This document shows, piece after piece, positions 8,237 to 19,380 of a DNA stretch of 64,000 nt. The stretch spans positions 1,615,012-1,679,011 of the forward strand of contig OZ250161.1 of the NCBI GenBank assembly GCA_965237985.1. Reading direction: 5' to 3'. The position numbers and the translations under genes are program-made. This DNA is from Candidatus Oxydemutatoraceae bacterium. GTDB lineage: Bacteria; Pseudomonadota; Gammaproteobacteria; Poriferisulfidales; Oxydemutatoraceae. Each line of letters opens with the position of its first letter. Positions within the stretch are counted from its first letter, which is position 1. Below the pieces are notes generated by a model. It saw only the letters and a program-made list of their open reading frames with translations, was not told the DNA's origin and made no database searches.

Positions 8237-11200
8237 TGGCAAGACCCGTTTCAGTCAGGCTTTGCCTGCTCACCCATGGTGGTGTCGTAACTCTGTAACC
8301 TCAGGCGATGCATGGTGTCCCGTGCCTGTTCCTGTTGATGTGTATAAGGCCCGAGCAATACTTGGAATCATGTCTGGAACCGTTTGTTGTCGTTCGCAGG
8401 GACAGCATCGGTGCGGACTTCGAAGCCCAGTTCGACTACGGTTTTTTCCAGTTTCAAAGCAAGACCCGTTTCAGTCAGGATTTGCCTGCTCACCCATGGT
8501 GGTGTCGTAACTCTGTAACCTCAGGCGATGCATGGTGTCCCGCGCCTGTTTCTGTTGATGTGTATAAGGCCCGAGCAATACTTGGAATCATGTCTGGAAC
8601 CGTTTGTTGCCGTTCGCAGGGACAGCATTGGTGCGGACTTCAAAGCCTGGTTCGACTACGGTTTTTTCCAGTTTCAAAGCAAGACCCGTTTCAGTCAGGC
8701 TTTGCCTGCTCACCCATGGTGGTGTCGTAACTCTGTAACCTCAGGCGATGCATGGTGTCCCGCGCCTGTTTCTGTTGATGTGTATAAGGCCCGAGCAATA
8801 CTTGGAATCATGTCTGGAACCGTTTGTTGCCGTTCGCAGGGACAGCATCGGTGCGGACTTCAAAGCCTGGTTCGACTACGGTTTTTTCCAGTTTCAAAGC
8901 AAGACCCGTTTCAGTCAGGATTTGCCTGCTCACCCATGGTGGTTGTCGTAACCCTGTAGTCTGAGGCGATGCATGGTGTCCCGCGCCTGTTTCTGTTGAT
9001 GTGTATAAGGCCCGAGCAATACTTGGAATCATGTCTGGAACTGTTTCTTGTCGTTCCCAAGGACAGCATTGGTGCGGGCTTCAAAGCCCAGTTCGACTAC
9101 GGTTTTTTCCAGTTTCAAAGCAAGACCCGTTTCAATCGGGATTTGCCTGCTCACCCATGGTGGTGTCGTAACCCTGTAACCTCAGGCGATGCATGGTGTC
9201 CCGCGCCTGTTTCTGTTGATGTGTATAAGGCCCGAGCAATACCTGGAATCATGTCTGGAACCGTTTGTTGCCGTTCGCAGGGACAGCATCGGTGCGGACT
9301 TCAAAGCCTGGTTCGGCTACGGTTTTTTCCCGTTTCAAAGCAAGACCCGTTTCAATCGGGATTTGCCTGCTCACCCATGGTGGTGTCGTAACCCTGTAAC
9401 CTCAGGCGATGCATGGTGTCCCGCGCCTGCATCCTGTTGATGTGTATAAGGCCCGAGCAATACTTGGAATCATGTCTGGAACTGTTTCTTGTCGTTCGCA
9501 AGGACAGCATTGGTGCGGGCTTCAAAGCCCAGTTCGACTACGGTTTTTTCCAGTTTCAAAGCAAGACCCGTTTCAGTCAGGATTTGCCTGCTCACCCATG
9601 GTGGTGTCGTAACCCTGTAGTCTGAGGCGATGCATGGTGTCCCGCGCCTGTTTCTGTTGATGTGTATAAGGCCCGAGCAATACTTGGAATCATGTCTGGA
9701 ACTGTTTCTTGTCGTTCGCAAGGACAGCATTGGTGCGGGCTTCAAAGCCCAGTTCGACTACGGTTTTTTCCAGTTTCAAAGTAAGACCCGTTTCAGTCAG
9801 GCTTTGCCTGCTCACCCATGGTGGTGTCGTAACCCTGTAACCTCAGGCGGTGCATGGTGTCCCGCGCCTGTTCCTGTTGATGTGTATAAGGCCCGAGCAA
9901 TACTTGGAACTGTTTTTTGTCGTTCGCAAGGACGGCATGGTGCGGGTTTCGAAGTCTGGTTCGGCTACGGTTTTTTCCAGTTTCAAAGCAAGACCCGTTT
10001 CAATCGGGATTTGCCTGCTCACCCATGGTGGTGTCGTAACCCTGTAGTCTGAGGCGATGCATGGTGTCCCGCGCCTGTTCCTGTTGATGTGTATAAGGCC
10101 CGAGCAATACTTGGAATCATGTCTGGAACCGTTTGTTGCCGTTCGCAGGGACAGCATCGGTGCGGACTTCAAAGCCTGGTTCGGCTACGGTTTTTTCCAG
10201 TTTCAAAGCAAGACCCGTTTCAATCGGGATTTGCCTGCTCACCCATGGTGGTGTCGTAACCCTGTAACCTCAGGCGATGCATGGTGTCCCGCGCCTGTTC
10301 CTGTTGATGTGTATAAGGCCCGAGCAATACTTGGAATCATGTCTGGAACCGTTTGTTGTCGTTCGCAAGGACAGCATGGTGCGGGCTTCAAAGCCTGGTT
10401 CGACTACGGTTTTTTCCAGTTTCAAAGCAAGACCCGTTTCAATCGGGATTTGCCTGCTCACCCATGGTGGTGTCGTAACCCTGTAACCTCAGGCGATGCA
10501 TGGTGTCCCGCGCCTGTTCCTGTTGATGTGTATAAGGCCCGAGCAATACTTGGAACTGTTGGAACCGTTTGTGTCGTTCGCAAGGACAGCATGGTGCGGG
10601 TTTCGAAGCCTGGTTCGGCTACGGTTTTTTCCAGTTTCAAAGCAAGACCCGTTTCAGTCAGGATTTGCCTGCTCACCCATGGTGGTGTCGTAACTCTGTA
10701 ACCTCAGGCGATGCATGGTGTCCCGTGCCTGTTTCTGTTGATGTGTATAAGGCCCGAGCAATACTTGGAATCATGTCTGGAACTGTTTCTTGTCGTTCGC
10801 AAGGACAGCATTGGTGCGGGCTTCAAAGCCCAGTTCGACTACGGTTTTTTCCAGTTTCAAAGCAAGACCCGTTTCAATCGGGATTTGCCTGCTCACCCAT
10901 GGTGGTGTCGTAACCCTGTAACCTCAGGCGATGCATGGTGTCCCGCGCCTGTTTCTGTTGATGTGTATAAGGCCCGTTTCAAAGCAAGACCCGTTTCAAT
11001 CGGGATTTCCCTGCTCACCCATGGTGGTGTCGTAACTCTGTAACCTCAGGCGATGCATGGTGTCCCGCGCCTGTTTCTGTTGATGTGTATAAGGCCCGAG
11101 CAATACTTGGAATCATGTCTGGAACCGTTTGTTGCCGTTCGCAGGGACAGCATGGTGCGGGTTTCGAAGTCTGGTTCGGCTACGGTTTTTTCCAGTTTCA

Positions 11201-12010
11201 AAGCAAGACCTGTTTCAATCGGGATTTGCCTGCTCACCCATGGTGGTGTCGTAACCCTGTAACCTCAGGCGACGCATGGTGTCCCGTGCCTGTTTCTGTT
11301 GATGTGTATAAGGCCCGAGCAATACTTGGAACTGTTTTTTGTCGTTCGCAAGGACGGCATGGTGCGGGTTTCGAAGTCTGGTTCGGCTACGGTTTTTTCC
11401 AGTTTCAAAGCAAGACCCGTTTCAGTCAGGATTTGCCTGCTCACCCATGGTGGTGTCGTAACCCTGTAACCTCAGGCGATGCATGGTGTCCCGCGCCTGT
11501 TTCTGTTGATGTGTATAAGGCCCGAGCAATACTTGGAATCATGTCTGGAACCGTTTGTTGTCGTTCGCAGGGACAGCATCGGTGCGGACTTCAAAGCCCA
11601 GTTCGGCTACGGTTTTTTCCAGTTTCAAAGCAAGACCCGTTTCAATCGGGATTTGCCTGCTCACCCATGGTGGTGTCGTAACTCTGTAACCTCAGGCGAT
11701 GCATGGTGTCCCGCGCCTGTTTCTGTTGATGTGTATAAGGCCCGAGCAATACTTGGAATCATGTCTGGAACCGTTTGTTGCCGTTCGCAAGGACAGCATC
11801 GGTGCGGACTTCAAAGCCTGGTTCGACTACGGTTTTTTCCAGTTTCAAAGCAAGACCCGTTTCAATCGGGATTTGCCTGCTCACCCATGGTGGTGTCGTA
11901 ACCCTGTAACCTCAGGCGATGCATGGTGTCCCGTGCCTGCTGGTTGGTATAAGGCCCGAGCAATACTTGGAACTGTTTCTTGTCGTTCGCAAGGACAGCA
12001 TTGGTGCGGG
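8237..12010. repeat. Tandem array of ~220-bp units, about 17 copies, degenerate copies of the 3' end of the SPOR-domain gene
   Basis: 'gcgatgcatggtgtcc' recurs at 8306, 8526, 8746, 8966, 9187, 9407 and onward, every 220 bp. Minus-strand translation of each unit gives 'KLEKTVVELGFEARTNAVLANDKKQFQ', matching the C-terminus of the gene at 11862..12380. Confidence 0.9.
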
Positions 12011-12380
12011 CTTCAAAGCCCAGTTCGACTACGGTTTTTTTCAGTTTCTCCGCATCGCTGTGCAGGGCAAAAACGCGCGATTGCAAGTGGTATATTTTTG
12101 CCGAACTCGGGTGGTTGTCAGAGTCCCCGGTGACCAGTTTTTGACGATCCTTGAGCAAAGTGAAATAAGTGTAGCGGGCCTGTTGCACTTCGTTGTCTGC
12201 CACTATCGGTTTTTTTGCTGATGGAACGGGTGGCGTTGCCGGATTTCTGTCTGCGTTTACCTGATAGAGGTAGATGGTCAACACCACGAAGCCGACAAGC
12301 CCGGCGAACAGCACCCACCGTGTGGGTTTTTTCTGTGCTGTTTCCAGTTCGTGGGCCCGGTGTTTGTAGTCCTTGATCAT
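11862..12380 (-). CDS. SPOR-domain protein (N-terminal TM anchor, C-terminal SPOR peptidoglycan-binding domain)
   Basis: Membrane helix 'WVLFAGLVGFVVLTIYLY'. C-terminal 'VVELGFEARTNAVLANDKKQFQVLLGPYTNQQARDTMHRLRLQGYD' fits the SPOR fold. It lies downstream of argS, as with SPOR genes in other gammaproteobacteria. Confidence 0.7.
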   Translation of the reverse strand: MIKDYKHRAHELETAQKKPTRWVLFAGLVGFVVLTIYLYQVNADRNPATPPVPSAKKPIVADNEVQQARYTYFTLLKDRQKLVTGDSDNHPSSAKIYHLQSRVFALHSDAEKLKKTVVELGFEARTNAVLANDKKQFQVLLGPYTNQQARDTMHRLRLQGYDTTMGEQANPD

Positions 12381-12498
12381 GACGTTTACGGTTTGGCAAC
12401 TGCTAAAACTGCAAGGGAATTTCTGCCCGCATCATCTGCCTATTTTCTTTGGGTTTTGTTACTTCCGGAAGTGGCACTCATAAAAAACATCACCTCCT

Positions 12499-14280
12499 TC
12501 ACATCCTGACCGGTGCTGTGATGCCACAAATGCCCAAACCATTTTCCAGTACCCGCGCCGTGGCCAAGAACAATCGCAATCTCGCTTTACGCAGGTGTGG
12601 ATCGTCGACAAGTACTTGGTGTCGGTTATAGCAACTGTGCAGTTTCGCCGCCAGATCCCGAAGATATACCAGAACATGGTGTGGTTCGTGGGCACGAAAT
12701 GCAATGTTCAAGGTATGAGAATAGAGGTGCAAATGATTGATTAAATCGACTTCTTCTTTTTCTCGCAACAAATGAAGTTGGTCGGATTTCCCTGTTGTAT
12801 CCGGGTACAGATCTTTAGCTTTGGCGGATACGCTGCGAATGCGGGCATGCGCGTACTGGATATAGAAGACCGGGTTTTTTTCGTTGCGGGATTTTGCCAA
12901 GTCGATGTCAAAGTCCAAATGCTGGCTCGGTTTTCTGAACAGGAAAAAGAAGCGCGCTGCTTCGACACCGACTTCTTCATACAAATCGCGCAGTGTCACA
13001 AAACTTCCGGCACGCGTAGACATGGGTTCCTTCTGGCCGTCACGCAGCAATGTCACGAACTGCACAAAGACGGTGTGCAATTTCTGCTTTTCATAGCCCA
13101 TGGCAGAGAGTGCGGCGCGCAAACGAGTTTCGTAGCCGTGGTGGTCAGCACCCCAGACATTGATGAATCGGTCGTAGGGGCGCCCTTCCCGGTCTCTGCG
13201 GTCAAATTTGTCTTTGTGATAGGCAATGTCTGAAGCGAAGTAAGTAAAGCGGCCGTCGCTACGTTGCACGACATGATCTTTTACATCACCAAAATGTGTG
13301 GAACGAAACCAGAGTGCCCCGTCATGGCGATAAGTATGTTCTCTTTCCCTGAGAATCTTGAGGACTTCTTCGATTTTTTTCTGTTCTATCAACTCCCGTT
13401 CCGATTGCCAGTGACGAAAGGTCACTTTGAAATCTTTTAGGTCACGTTTTATGTCTTGCTTGATTTTCGCGAGCGCAAATTTCCGGATCCGAGCGGTATC
13501 CGCTTCCCCGATCGCGAGATTTTGGAAAACGATGAGCTCGTCTATCCGTTTTTCTGCATCGTTTGTCGTCGCAGTCCACTCCGGCTGATCGCTTGGTGTG
13601 GGAACAAATTTGTCACCATACTCATCCCTCAGCTCATCTGCCCGATCCCTGATGTAACTGCCCTGGTATGCCGAGAGCGGGAATGGAATCGTTTTGCGGG
13701 CTTTTGCACCCTCAAGGTAGCGGAGCCAGACCGAAAGGCCCAGGACATCGACCTGCCTGCCGGCGTCGTTGACGTAGTATTCATGTTCTACATGGTGGCC
13801 GAAGCGCTTGTTCAAGTCAGCCAGTGCGCTTCCGTATGCCGCCCCCCGGCCATGACCAACATGCAGAGGACCGGTCGGGTTGGCAGAAACATATTCAACG
13901 AGCACCCGCTCGCGTGTAGTTTCCAGTTCTGGAAATTGACTCCCGGTTTTCAATATGCGTTCAATTATGGTTTCCGCCCCGGCAATATAAAAATTTATAA
14001 AGCCCGGGCCCATTGGCTCGATTTTTTTCAGTCCGCCGGGGCCGGGGCACTGCATTTTGGCAATGATTTCCCTGGCAACTTCCATTGCCGGTTTTTCCAC
14101 CTGACGTGATAAAACCATGGCTACATTGGTGGTGTAGTCTCCGTACACCGCCACTCGGCAAGGTTCTACTTTGGGGGCCACCCTGTCCACAAGCTCTTTG
14201 TCAAACAAAGCCAGCAGGGCGTTTTTGAGATCCTTCTGGATTTCCAGGGCTCTGTTTTCAGTTGTCAAATGGGGATCCAC
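12499..14280 (-). CDS. argS: Arginyl-tRNA synthetase
   Basis: Full-length class I aaRS with a HIGH-like 'PTGPLHVGHGRGA' motif and a DALR anticodon-binding domain. I placed the start at GTG 14280, giving 593 aa. The ORF runs on to ATG 14391, which would add a 37-aa non-homologous extension. Confidence 0.85.
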   Translation of the reverse strand: MDPHLTTENRALEIQKDLKNALLALFDKELVDRVAPKVEPCRVAVYGDYTTNVAMVLSRQVEKPAMEVAREIIAKMQCPGPGGLKKIEPMGPGFINFYIAGAETIIERILKTGSQFPELETTRERVLVEYVSANPTGPLHVGHGRGAAYGSALADLNKRFGHHVEHEYYVNDAGRQVDVLGLSVWLRYLEGAKARKTIPFPLSAYQGSYIRDRADELRDEYGDKFVPTPSDQPEWTATTNDAEKRIDELIVFQNLAIGEADTARIRKFALAKIKQDIKRDLKDFKVTFRHWQSERELIEQKKIEEVLKILREREHTYRHDGALWFRSTHFGDVKDHVVQRSDGRFTYFASDIAYHKDKFDRRDREGRPYDRFINVWGADHHGYETRLRAALSAMGYEKQKLHTVFVQFVTLLRDGQKEPMSTRAGSFVTLRDLYEEVGVEAARFFFLFRKPSQHLDFDIDLAKSRNEKNPVFYIQYAHARIRSVSAKAKDLYPDTTGKSDQLHLLREKEEVDLINHLHLYSHTLNIAFRAHEPHHVLVYLRDLAAKLHSCYNRHQVLVDDPHLRKARLRLFLATARVLENGLGICGITAPVRM

Positions 14281-15103
14281 CGTTGCCAGGAATAAAGCAT
14301 GACCGGCATCAGCCAGGCACGGGGGGCGTAAAGATCGGGTTCCTGAAGTCGTTCGGTGAACTGAACAGGTAGCCGGTGCCTGCTGCGACATTTTTCATTT
14401 CTGGTCTGCGAGTTGTATCGTGCGAGGCGTTGCCTGCATTTCTGGAACACGAGGGCGACACCAGGCAGTACCCGTTGTCGAGTCTGGCAAGCTTCGACAT
14501 TACCATGGCCAGTACTTGGACCACCATGAACAAGTATCTGATTTCCTCCTTTTTTTTCAATCCAGATTTTGACATGAATACCGTGAATCAGTACGTGCGG
14601 GCACTTGCTGCATGTTGTATGTGCCCCACCGGCAAGCGTGAAAGAATTCCCATCAATTCCCACAAGGCCGGCCCGAGGAGATGATCAAGTTTGCCGCTCA
14701 CTCAAGGCAGACCCGGCACCGGTTTGTGTCAAAGCCGAGATTCCGCACAACGGAATAGCTGGAAAAGCGTGCGTGCATTGTTGCCAGAAAGAATTCCCAC
14801 GTTTGGCAACCACCCGAAGCATCATGCTCTGGTGTCAGTCTTGTGGCGAATTCTGCGAGTCACCGTCGCTTCGAAAACCAGCCGCCAAGATGGATTTCTC
14901 AGTGCCGACATCGTGCCGGGCATCAAGAAGAGACAGTTCATTCACGAAACCGACCGCGCGGAGCCTGTGGTTCAGAGTCCCGCCCGTTTGTAGTGGTCAT
15001 TTGACGATTCGGGCTTCCTTTTCAGCGAAGTCCATTCCTCGTACAAAGTCGCCGATGTGGGCTACGAACTGACCGACCCTCTTTTTCTTTTTCTCCCACC
15101 GTC

Positions 15104-16033
15104 TCAGACCTCGTGGGGTTCTGCGCCCTCCTTTTTCACCGGTGCCATGTCTTTTTGTGTGATCCCGAACGTCAGCAGACAAGAACCGGCTATATAGATT
15201 GACGAATAGGTGCCGACAACCACGCCGACAATCATGGCAATGGTGAATCCCCGGATCACGGAGCCACCCAGCACCAACAGGGCGATCAGCACCAGAAGCG
15301 TCGTCAATGAAGTCACGAAGGTGCGCGACAGGGTCTGATTGATCGACCGGTTAATGATCCGGATGGTTTCCATGCGCCGTGAGGCAACAAGATTTTCCCG
15401 CACACGGTCATAGACCACTATGGTGTCGTTCAGAGAGTAACCAACTACCGCGAGCAAAGCTGCCAGCACGGTCAAATCACTCTCAATCCCGGTAAGGGAA
15501 AAAAAGCCGATGGTCAGCAGCACATCGTGCACCAAAGCAATCACGGCGCCAAAAGCAAAGCGGTATTCAAAGCGAAACGCAACATAAATGAGGATGCCAA
15601 GCAACGCGTAAAGCAGTGCCAGGCCGCCATCTTCACGCAGTTCCTCCCCGACTTTAGGACCGACATATTCGACTCGCCGTATTTCCAGCTCGCCGAGACC
15701 TTCCAGTGCCGCGATGATTTGCGAACTGATTTCCGCACGCGCGGTTTCGGTGCGCAAAGGAATGCGCAGAAGTAATCCTCTGGCGGTGCCGAAATACTGT
15801 ACTTTCGTGTCCGAAAATTCCGTTTCCACCAGTACGCGGCGCACGTCGTCGAGCAACACCGGTTGAGCGTACTCGACTTCAACCAGCGTGCCACCAGTAA
15901 AGTCAATGCCAAAATTCATTCCCCGGGCGGCCAGTGAAGCCAATGCAATCAAGATCAGCAAAGCAGACGCGCCGACCGCCAGCTTACGCTGTTTCATGAA
16001 ATCAAAACGGACGCTTTTGAAAAGGCTGATCAT
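15104..16033 (-). CDS. secF: Protein translocase subunit SecF
   Basis: 'MNFGIDFTGGTLVEVEY', 'GYSLNDTIVVYDRVREN'. Start at 'MISLFKSVRFDFMKQRK'. ATGA overlap with the secD stop. Confidence 0.9.
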   Translation of the reverse strand: MISLFKSVRFDFMKQRKLAVGASALLILIALASLAARGMNFGIDFTGGTLVEVEYAQPVLLDDVRRVLVETEFSDTKVQYFGTARGLLLRIPLRTETARAEISSQIIAALEGLGELEIRRVEYVGPKVGEELREDGGLALLYALLGILIYVAFRFEYRFAFGAVIALVHDVLLTIGFFSLTGIESDLTVLAALLAVVGYSLNDTIVVYDRVRENLVASRRMETIRIINRSINQTLSRTFVTSLTTLLVLIALLVLGGSVIRGFTIAMIVGVVVGTYSSIYIAGSCLLTFGITQKDMAPVKKEGAEPHEV

Positions 16034-17892
16034 ATTGCCAGGCGGGCTTCTTTTTTCCCGCCGTAAATCAGGTTGGCAATGGCGCGCGTGCCTATAATGG
16101 CTGTGAACATGGAGCACAGAATGCCAATGGACAACGTCACGGCAAAACCCTTGATAGGGCCAGTGCCAAAAGTGAAAAGCACCACTGCCGCAATCAGAGT
16201 AGTCACATTTGCGTCGGCAATCGTTGACAAAGCCTGTCGGTAGCCGGAATCGATGCTGACTTGCGTTGAGTTACCCTGTTTCAGATGTTCGCGGATGCGC
16301 TCGAAAATCAAGACATTGGCATCCACCGCCATACCCACTGTCAAAACGATTCCGACGATGCCGGGCAAAGTCAAGGTGGCTCCAGGTATCAGGGACATTA
16401 TGGCAACGATGAGCACGAGATTGGCAATCAAAGCAAGATTTGCCAGCATGCCGAAGGTTCGGTAATAAATCCCCATGAACAGCACGACCAGCAGGAAAGC
16501 CAAGAGAACAGAGCGCTTTCCCTGGTCGATGTTGTCCTGCCCCAGGCTCGGCCCTACGGTGCGCTCTTCCACGATCTGCATCGGGGCTGCCAGAGCTCCT
16601 GAGCGCAACAGCAAAGAAAGTTTGCGGGCCTCGCGAGTGTCGTCCAGCCCGGTAATCTGGAAGCGCTTGCCGAGCTGTTCCTGGATGCGGGCAACGTTGA
16701 TGACTTCTTCCACGGTACGCAAGCGCCGCTTCGTTTCTCCGGTCAGGCTTTTTACTTTTTCGCTTTTGTTTTCAATGAATACCACCGCCATCAATCGCTT
16801 GACATTTTCACCGGTTACTTTGCTGAACAGCCGTGCTCCTTTTCCGTCCAAAGTGATGTGCACCGCCGGCCGGCCGGTTTCGGAATCTATGCCGGAAGAC
16901 GCGCTCGTGATGTATTCCCCGCTTAGCATCACACGGCGTTTGAGCAATATCGGATCGCCATTGCGTTCGTAATACAGTTTGGTGCCACGCGGTATCCCGC
17001 CCGTTCTGGCCGCACGCTGTGGGTCTTCATTTTCCGCCACCAAGCGAAACTCCAATGTCGCGGTGGCGCCCAGGATGTCTTTCGCCCGCGCTGTGTCCTG
17101 CACTCCCGGCAATTGCACCACGATGCGATCGCGACCTTGCCGGGTAACGGTCGGCTCGGCGACTCCCAATTCGTTCACGCGCTTGCGCAAAGTCACGATG
17201 TTTTGCTGCACCGCGAAATCCGACAGTTCCTTGACCGCATTCTCGGTCAGTTGAAAAAACGCCTGCAATGGGTCTGGATTTTCTTCCTTGGCCACAAGCG
17301 CGTTCGGGCTTTCTTTTTTCACCAGCTCCACGGCCCGGTCTCTTTCCTCCTGATTGGCGAAAGAAAAAGCGATCGCGTCCGCGGCTATTCTGGTTTTTCG
17401 ATAGCGTATCTTTTCCTTGCGAAACAAGGCGCGAAGTTCATTGTGATACCCCAACAATGCTTTATCTCTGGCCGCATCGACATCGACTTCCAACAAAAAA
17501 TGGACGCCGCCCCGCAAGTCCAGGCCCAGGTTCATGGGTGCTGCGTTGAGCGAACGTAGCCACTCCGGAGTGGTTGCCGCCAAGTTCAATGCCACGATGT
17601 AGCCAGGAGGAGCCCAGTCTCTCAACAGCCCAGAGGCCAGCAGCTGCGAATCCGTGTTGTGGAAACGGATCAGCAGTCCCTGAGGAGTCTTGTCCATGGA
17701 CTTCCATGACACTGTCTCCTTGGCGAGCGTTTCTGTAATCTGGTCGCTGATGGTGTCGCCGATGATGCCGTCAACCACGTTGGAAATCTGTACCGCCGGA
17801 TCATCGGGATAAATGTTTGGTAATGCGTAAACGGTTGCTGCCAGCAACACGAACACAATCAGGACGTGTTTCCAGACGGGATAATGGTTCAT
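16030..17892 (-). CDS. secD: Protein translocase subunit SecD
   Basis: 620 aa with N-terminal TM helix, periplasmic domain and C-terminal 6-TM core ('GIVLTVGMAVDANVLIFERIRE'). yajC-secD-secF operon. Confidence 0.9.
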   Translation of the reverse strand: MNHYPVWKHVLIVFVLLAATVYALPNIYPDDPAVQISNVVDGIIGDTISDQITETLAKETVSWKSMDKTPQGLLIRFHNTDSQLLASGLLRDWAPPGYIVALNLAATTPEWLRSLNAAPMNLGLDLRGGVHFLLEVDVDAARDKALLGYHNELRALFRKEKIRYRKTRIAADAIAFSFANQEERDRAVELVKKESPNALVAKEENPDPLQAFFQLTENAVKELSDFAVQQNIVTLRKRVNELGVAEPTVTRQGRDRIVVQLPGVQDTARAKDILGATATLEFRLVAENEDPQRAARTGGIPRGTKLYYERNGDPILLKRRVMLSGEYITSASSGIDSETGRPAVHITLDGKGARLFSKVTGENVKRLMAVVFIENKSEKVKSLTGETKRRLRTVEEVINVARIQEQLGKRFQITGLDDTREARKLSLLLRSGALAAPMQIVEERTVGPSLGQDNIDQGKRSVLLAFLLVVLFMGIYYRTFGMLANLALIANLVLIVAIMSLIPGATLTLPGIVGIVLTVGMAVDANVLIFERIREHLKQGNSTQVSIDSGYRQALSTIADANVTTLIAAVVLFTFGTGPIKGFAVTLSIGILCSMFTAIIGTRAIANLIYGGKKEARLAI

Positions 17893-17898
17893 GGGTGT

Positions 17899-18225
17899 TT
17901 AGTCTTTCAAAGTCCCTTTCGGCATCAGTTGTGCCACTGCCTGTTTTTGGACTTTCACGATCATGTTGTTGGACACTTCAAGTTTTACGAAAGTTTCGCC
18001 AACTTCCACCACGCGACCGAGCAACCCACCGTTGGTGACTATCTCATCGTTGCGCGACAGGGAGGCGATCATTTGCTTGTGTTCCTTGTTGCGCTTGCTT
18101 TGGGGGCGGATAACCAGCAGGTAGAGAATGAGGAAAAACGCCCCAAGCAAAACCAGAGTTTCAATGCCGCCACTCGAGGAGGGGTTTGGTGTTTGCGCCA
18201 TGGCATTTTGAATAAAAATTTCCAT
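17899..18225 (-). CDS. yajC: Preprotein translocase subunit YajC
   Basis: 108 aa with single TM 'LVLLGAFFLILYLLVIRPQSKR' and 'GGLLGRVVEV'. Immediately upstream of secD. Confidence 0.9.
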   Translation of the reverse strand: MEIFIQNAMAQTPNPSSSGGIETLVLLGAFFLILYLLVIRPQSKRNKEHKQMIASLSRNDEIVTNGGLLGRVVEVGETFVKLEVSNNMIVKVQKQAVAQLMPKGTLKD

Positions 18226-18391
18226 CAGTATTTCCTACCTCTTCTGTGAAGATTCTGGGCTTTCCAAGTGTCTTTATGCCGTTCCCGGGTTTTCACCTTG
18301 GATGCGCGGCTGCGATAGAACCTAGGGCCGTAAGATTATGGCACAACTCGGCTGTCGCCAAACGCCGGCCAGTGGAGCAAAAACAAGGTTT

Positions 18392-19380
18392 ATCTGGAGG
18401 GGGTTGGTGTGTGCGCCATGGCATTTTGAATAAAAATTTCCACCAGTATTTCCTACCTCTTCTGTGAAGATTCTGGGCTTTCCAAGTGTCTTTATGCCGT
18501 TCCTTGGTTTTTCACCTTCCGCTAAAGCTGGGGTCGCGCCCAAGTTGCCGTCCGTTGCCGTTTTCGGCAAAGACTTTTTGCCTGGTCTACCAAGTTGCCG
18601 CGCCCCTTTGCCAGTCTGAGCATAACGGTTTCGTGGCTGTCTCTCTGCCTGTTGCCAGCTGCGTCCCGAGGAAAGTCGACGTGTCGACATCGGCCCGGAA
18701 TTTTCCACCATCCGGCATGAACTCCCCGTCACCAGCCGCCACTCACCATCAAGTCTCCACGTCCTGTTCATTGGAAGCTTCTTCCGCTAAAGCTGGGGTC
18801 GCGCCCAAGTTGCCGTCCGTTGCTGTTTTCGGCAAAGACTTTTTGCCCTGTATGCCCAACTCTTCCAGTTTTTTTGCCTGGTCTACCAAGTTGCCGCGCC
18901 CCTTTGCCAGTCTGAGCATAACGGTTTCGTGGCTTTCTCTCTGCCTGTTGCCAGCTGCGTCCCGAGGAAAGTCGACGTGTCGCCATCGGCCCGGAATTTT
19001 CCATCATCCGGCATGAACTCCCCGTCACCAGCCGCCACTCACCATCAAGTCGCCACGTCCTGTTCATTGGAAGCTTCTTCCGCTAAAGCTGGGGTCGCGT
19101 CCAAGTTGCCGTCCGTTGCCGTTTTCGGCAAAGACTTTTTGCCCTGTATGCCCAACTCTTCCAGTTTTTTTTGGCCTGGCCTACATAAGTTGCCGCGCCC
19201 CTTTGCCAGTCTGAGCATAACGGTTTCGTGGCTTTCTCTCTGCCTGTTGCCAGCTGCGTCCCGAGGAAAGTCGACGTGTCGCCATCGGCCCGGAATTTTC
19301 CACCATCCGGCATGAACTCCCCGTCACCAGCCGCCACTCACCATCAAGTCTCCACGTCCTGTTCATTGGAAGCTTCTTCC
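18392..19380. repeat. Composite repeat: a duplicate of the yajC 5' end and upstream region (18392-18520 copies 18175-18300), plus three extra ~299-bp tandem copies of the rmuC 3' end
   Basis: 'ttccgctaaagctggggtcgcg.ccaagttgccgtccgttgc' occurs at 18517, 18780, 19078 and 19378 (the last within rmuC). Minus-strand units encode 'GRPGKKSLPKTATDGNLGATPALAE', the rmuC C-terminus. 'ttctgtgaagattctgggctttccaagtgtctttatgccgttcc' occurs at 18243 and 18460. Confidence 0.85.

Noticed and set aside
8237-12010. Possible CRISPR array, given the regularly spaced repeats
   Set aside because: The units are contiguous 220-bp copies with no unique spacers, are derived from a coding 3' end, and there are no cas genes. 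The same argument applies to the 125-bp, 176-bp and 299-bp arrays.
13456-14109. 217-aa plus-strand ORF
   Set aside because: Entirely antisense to the well-supported argS. No recognisable domains.
16253-17559. Several plus-strand ORFs of 70-165 aa
   Set aside because: Antisense to secD, with GC-rich codon bias artefacts.
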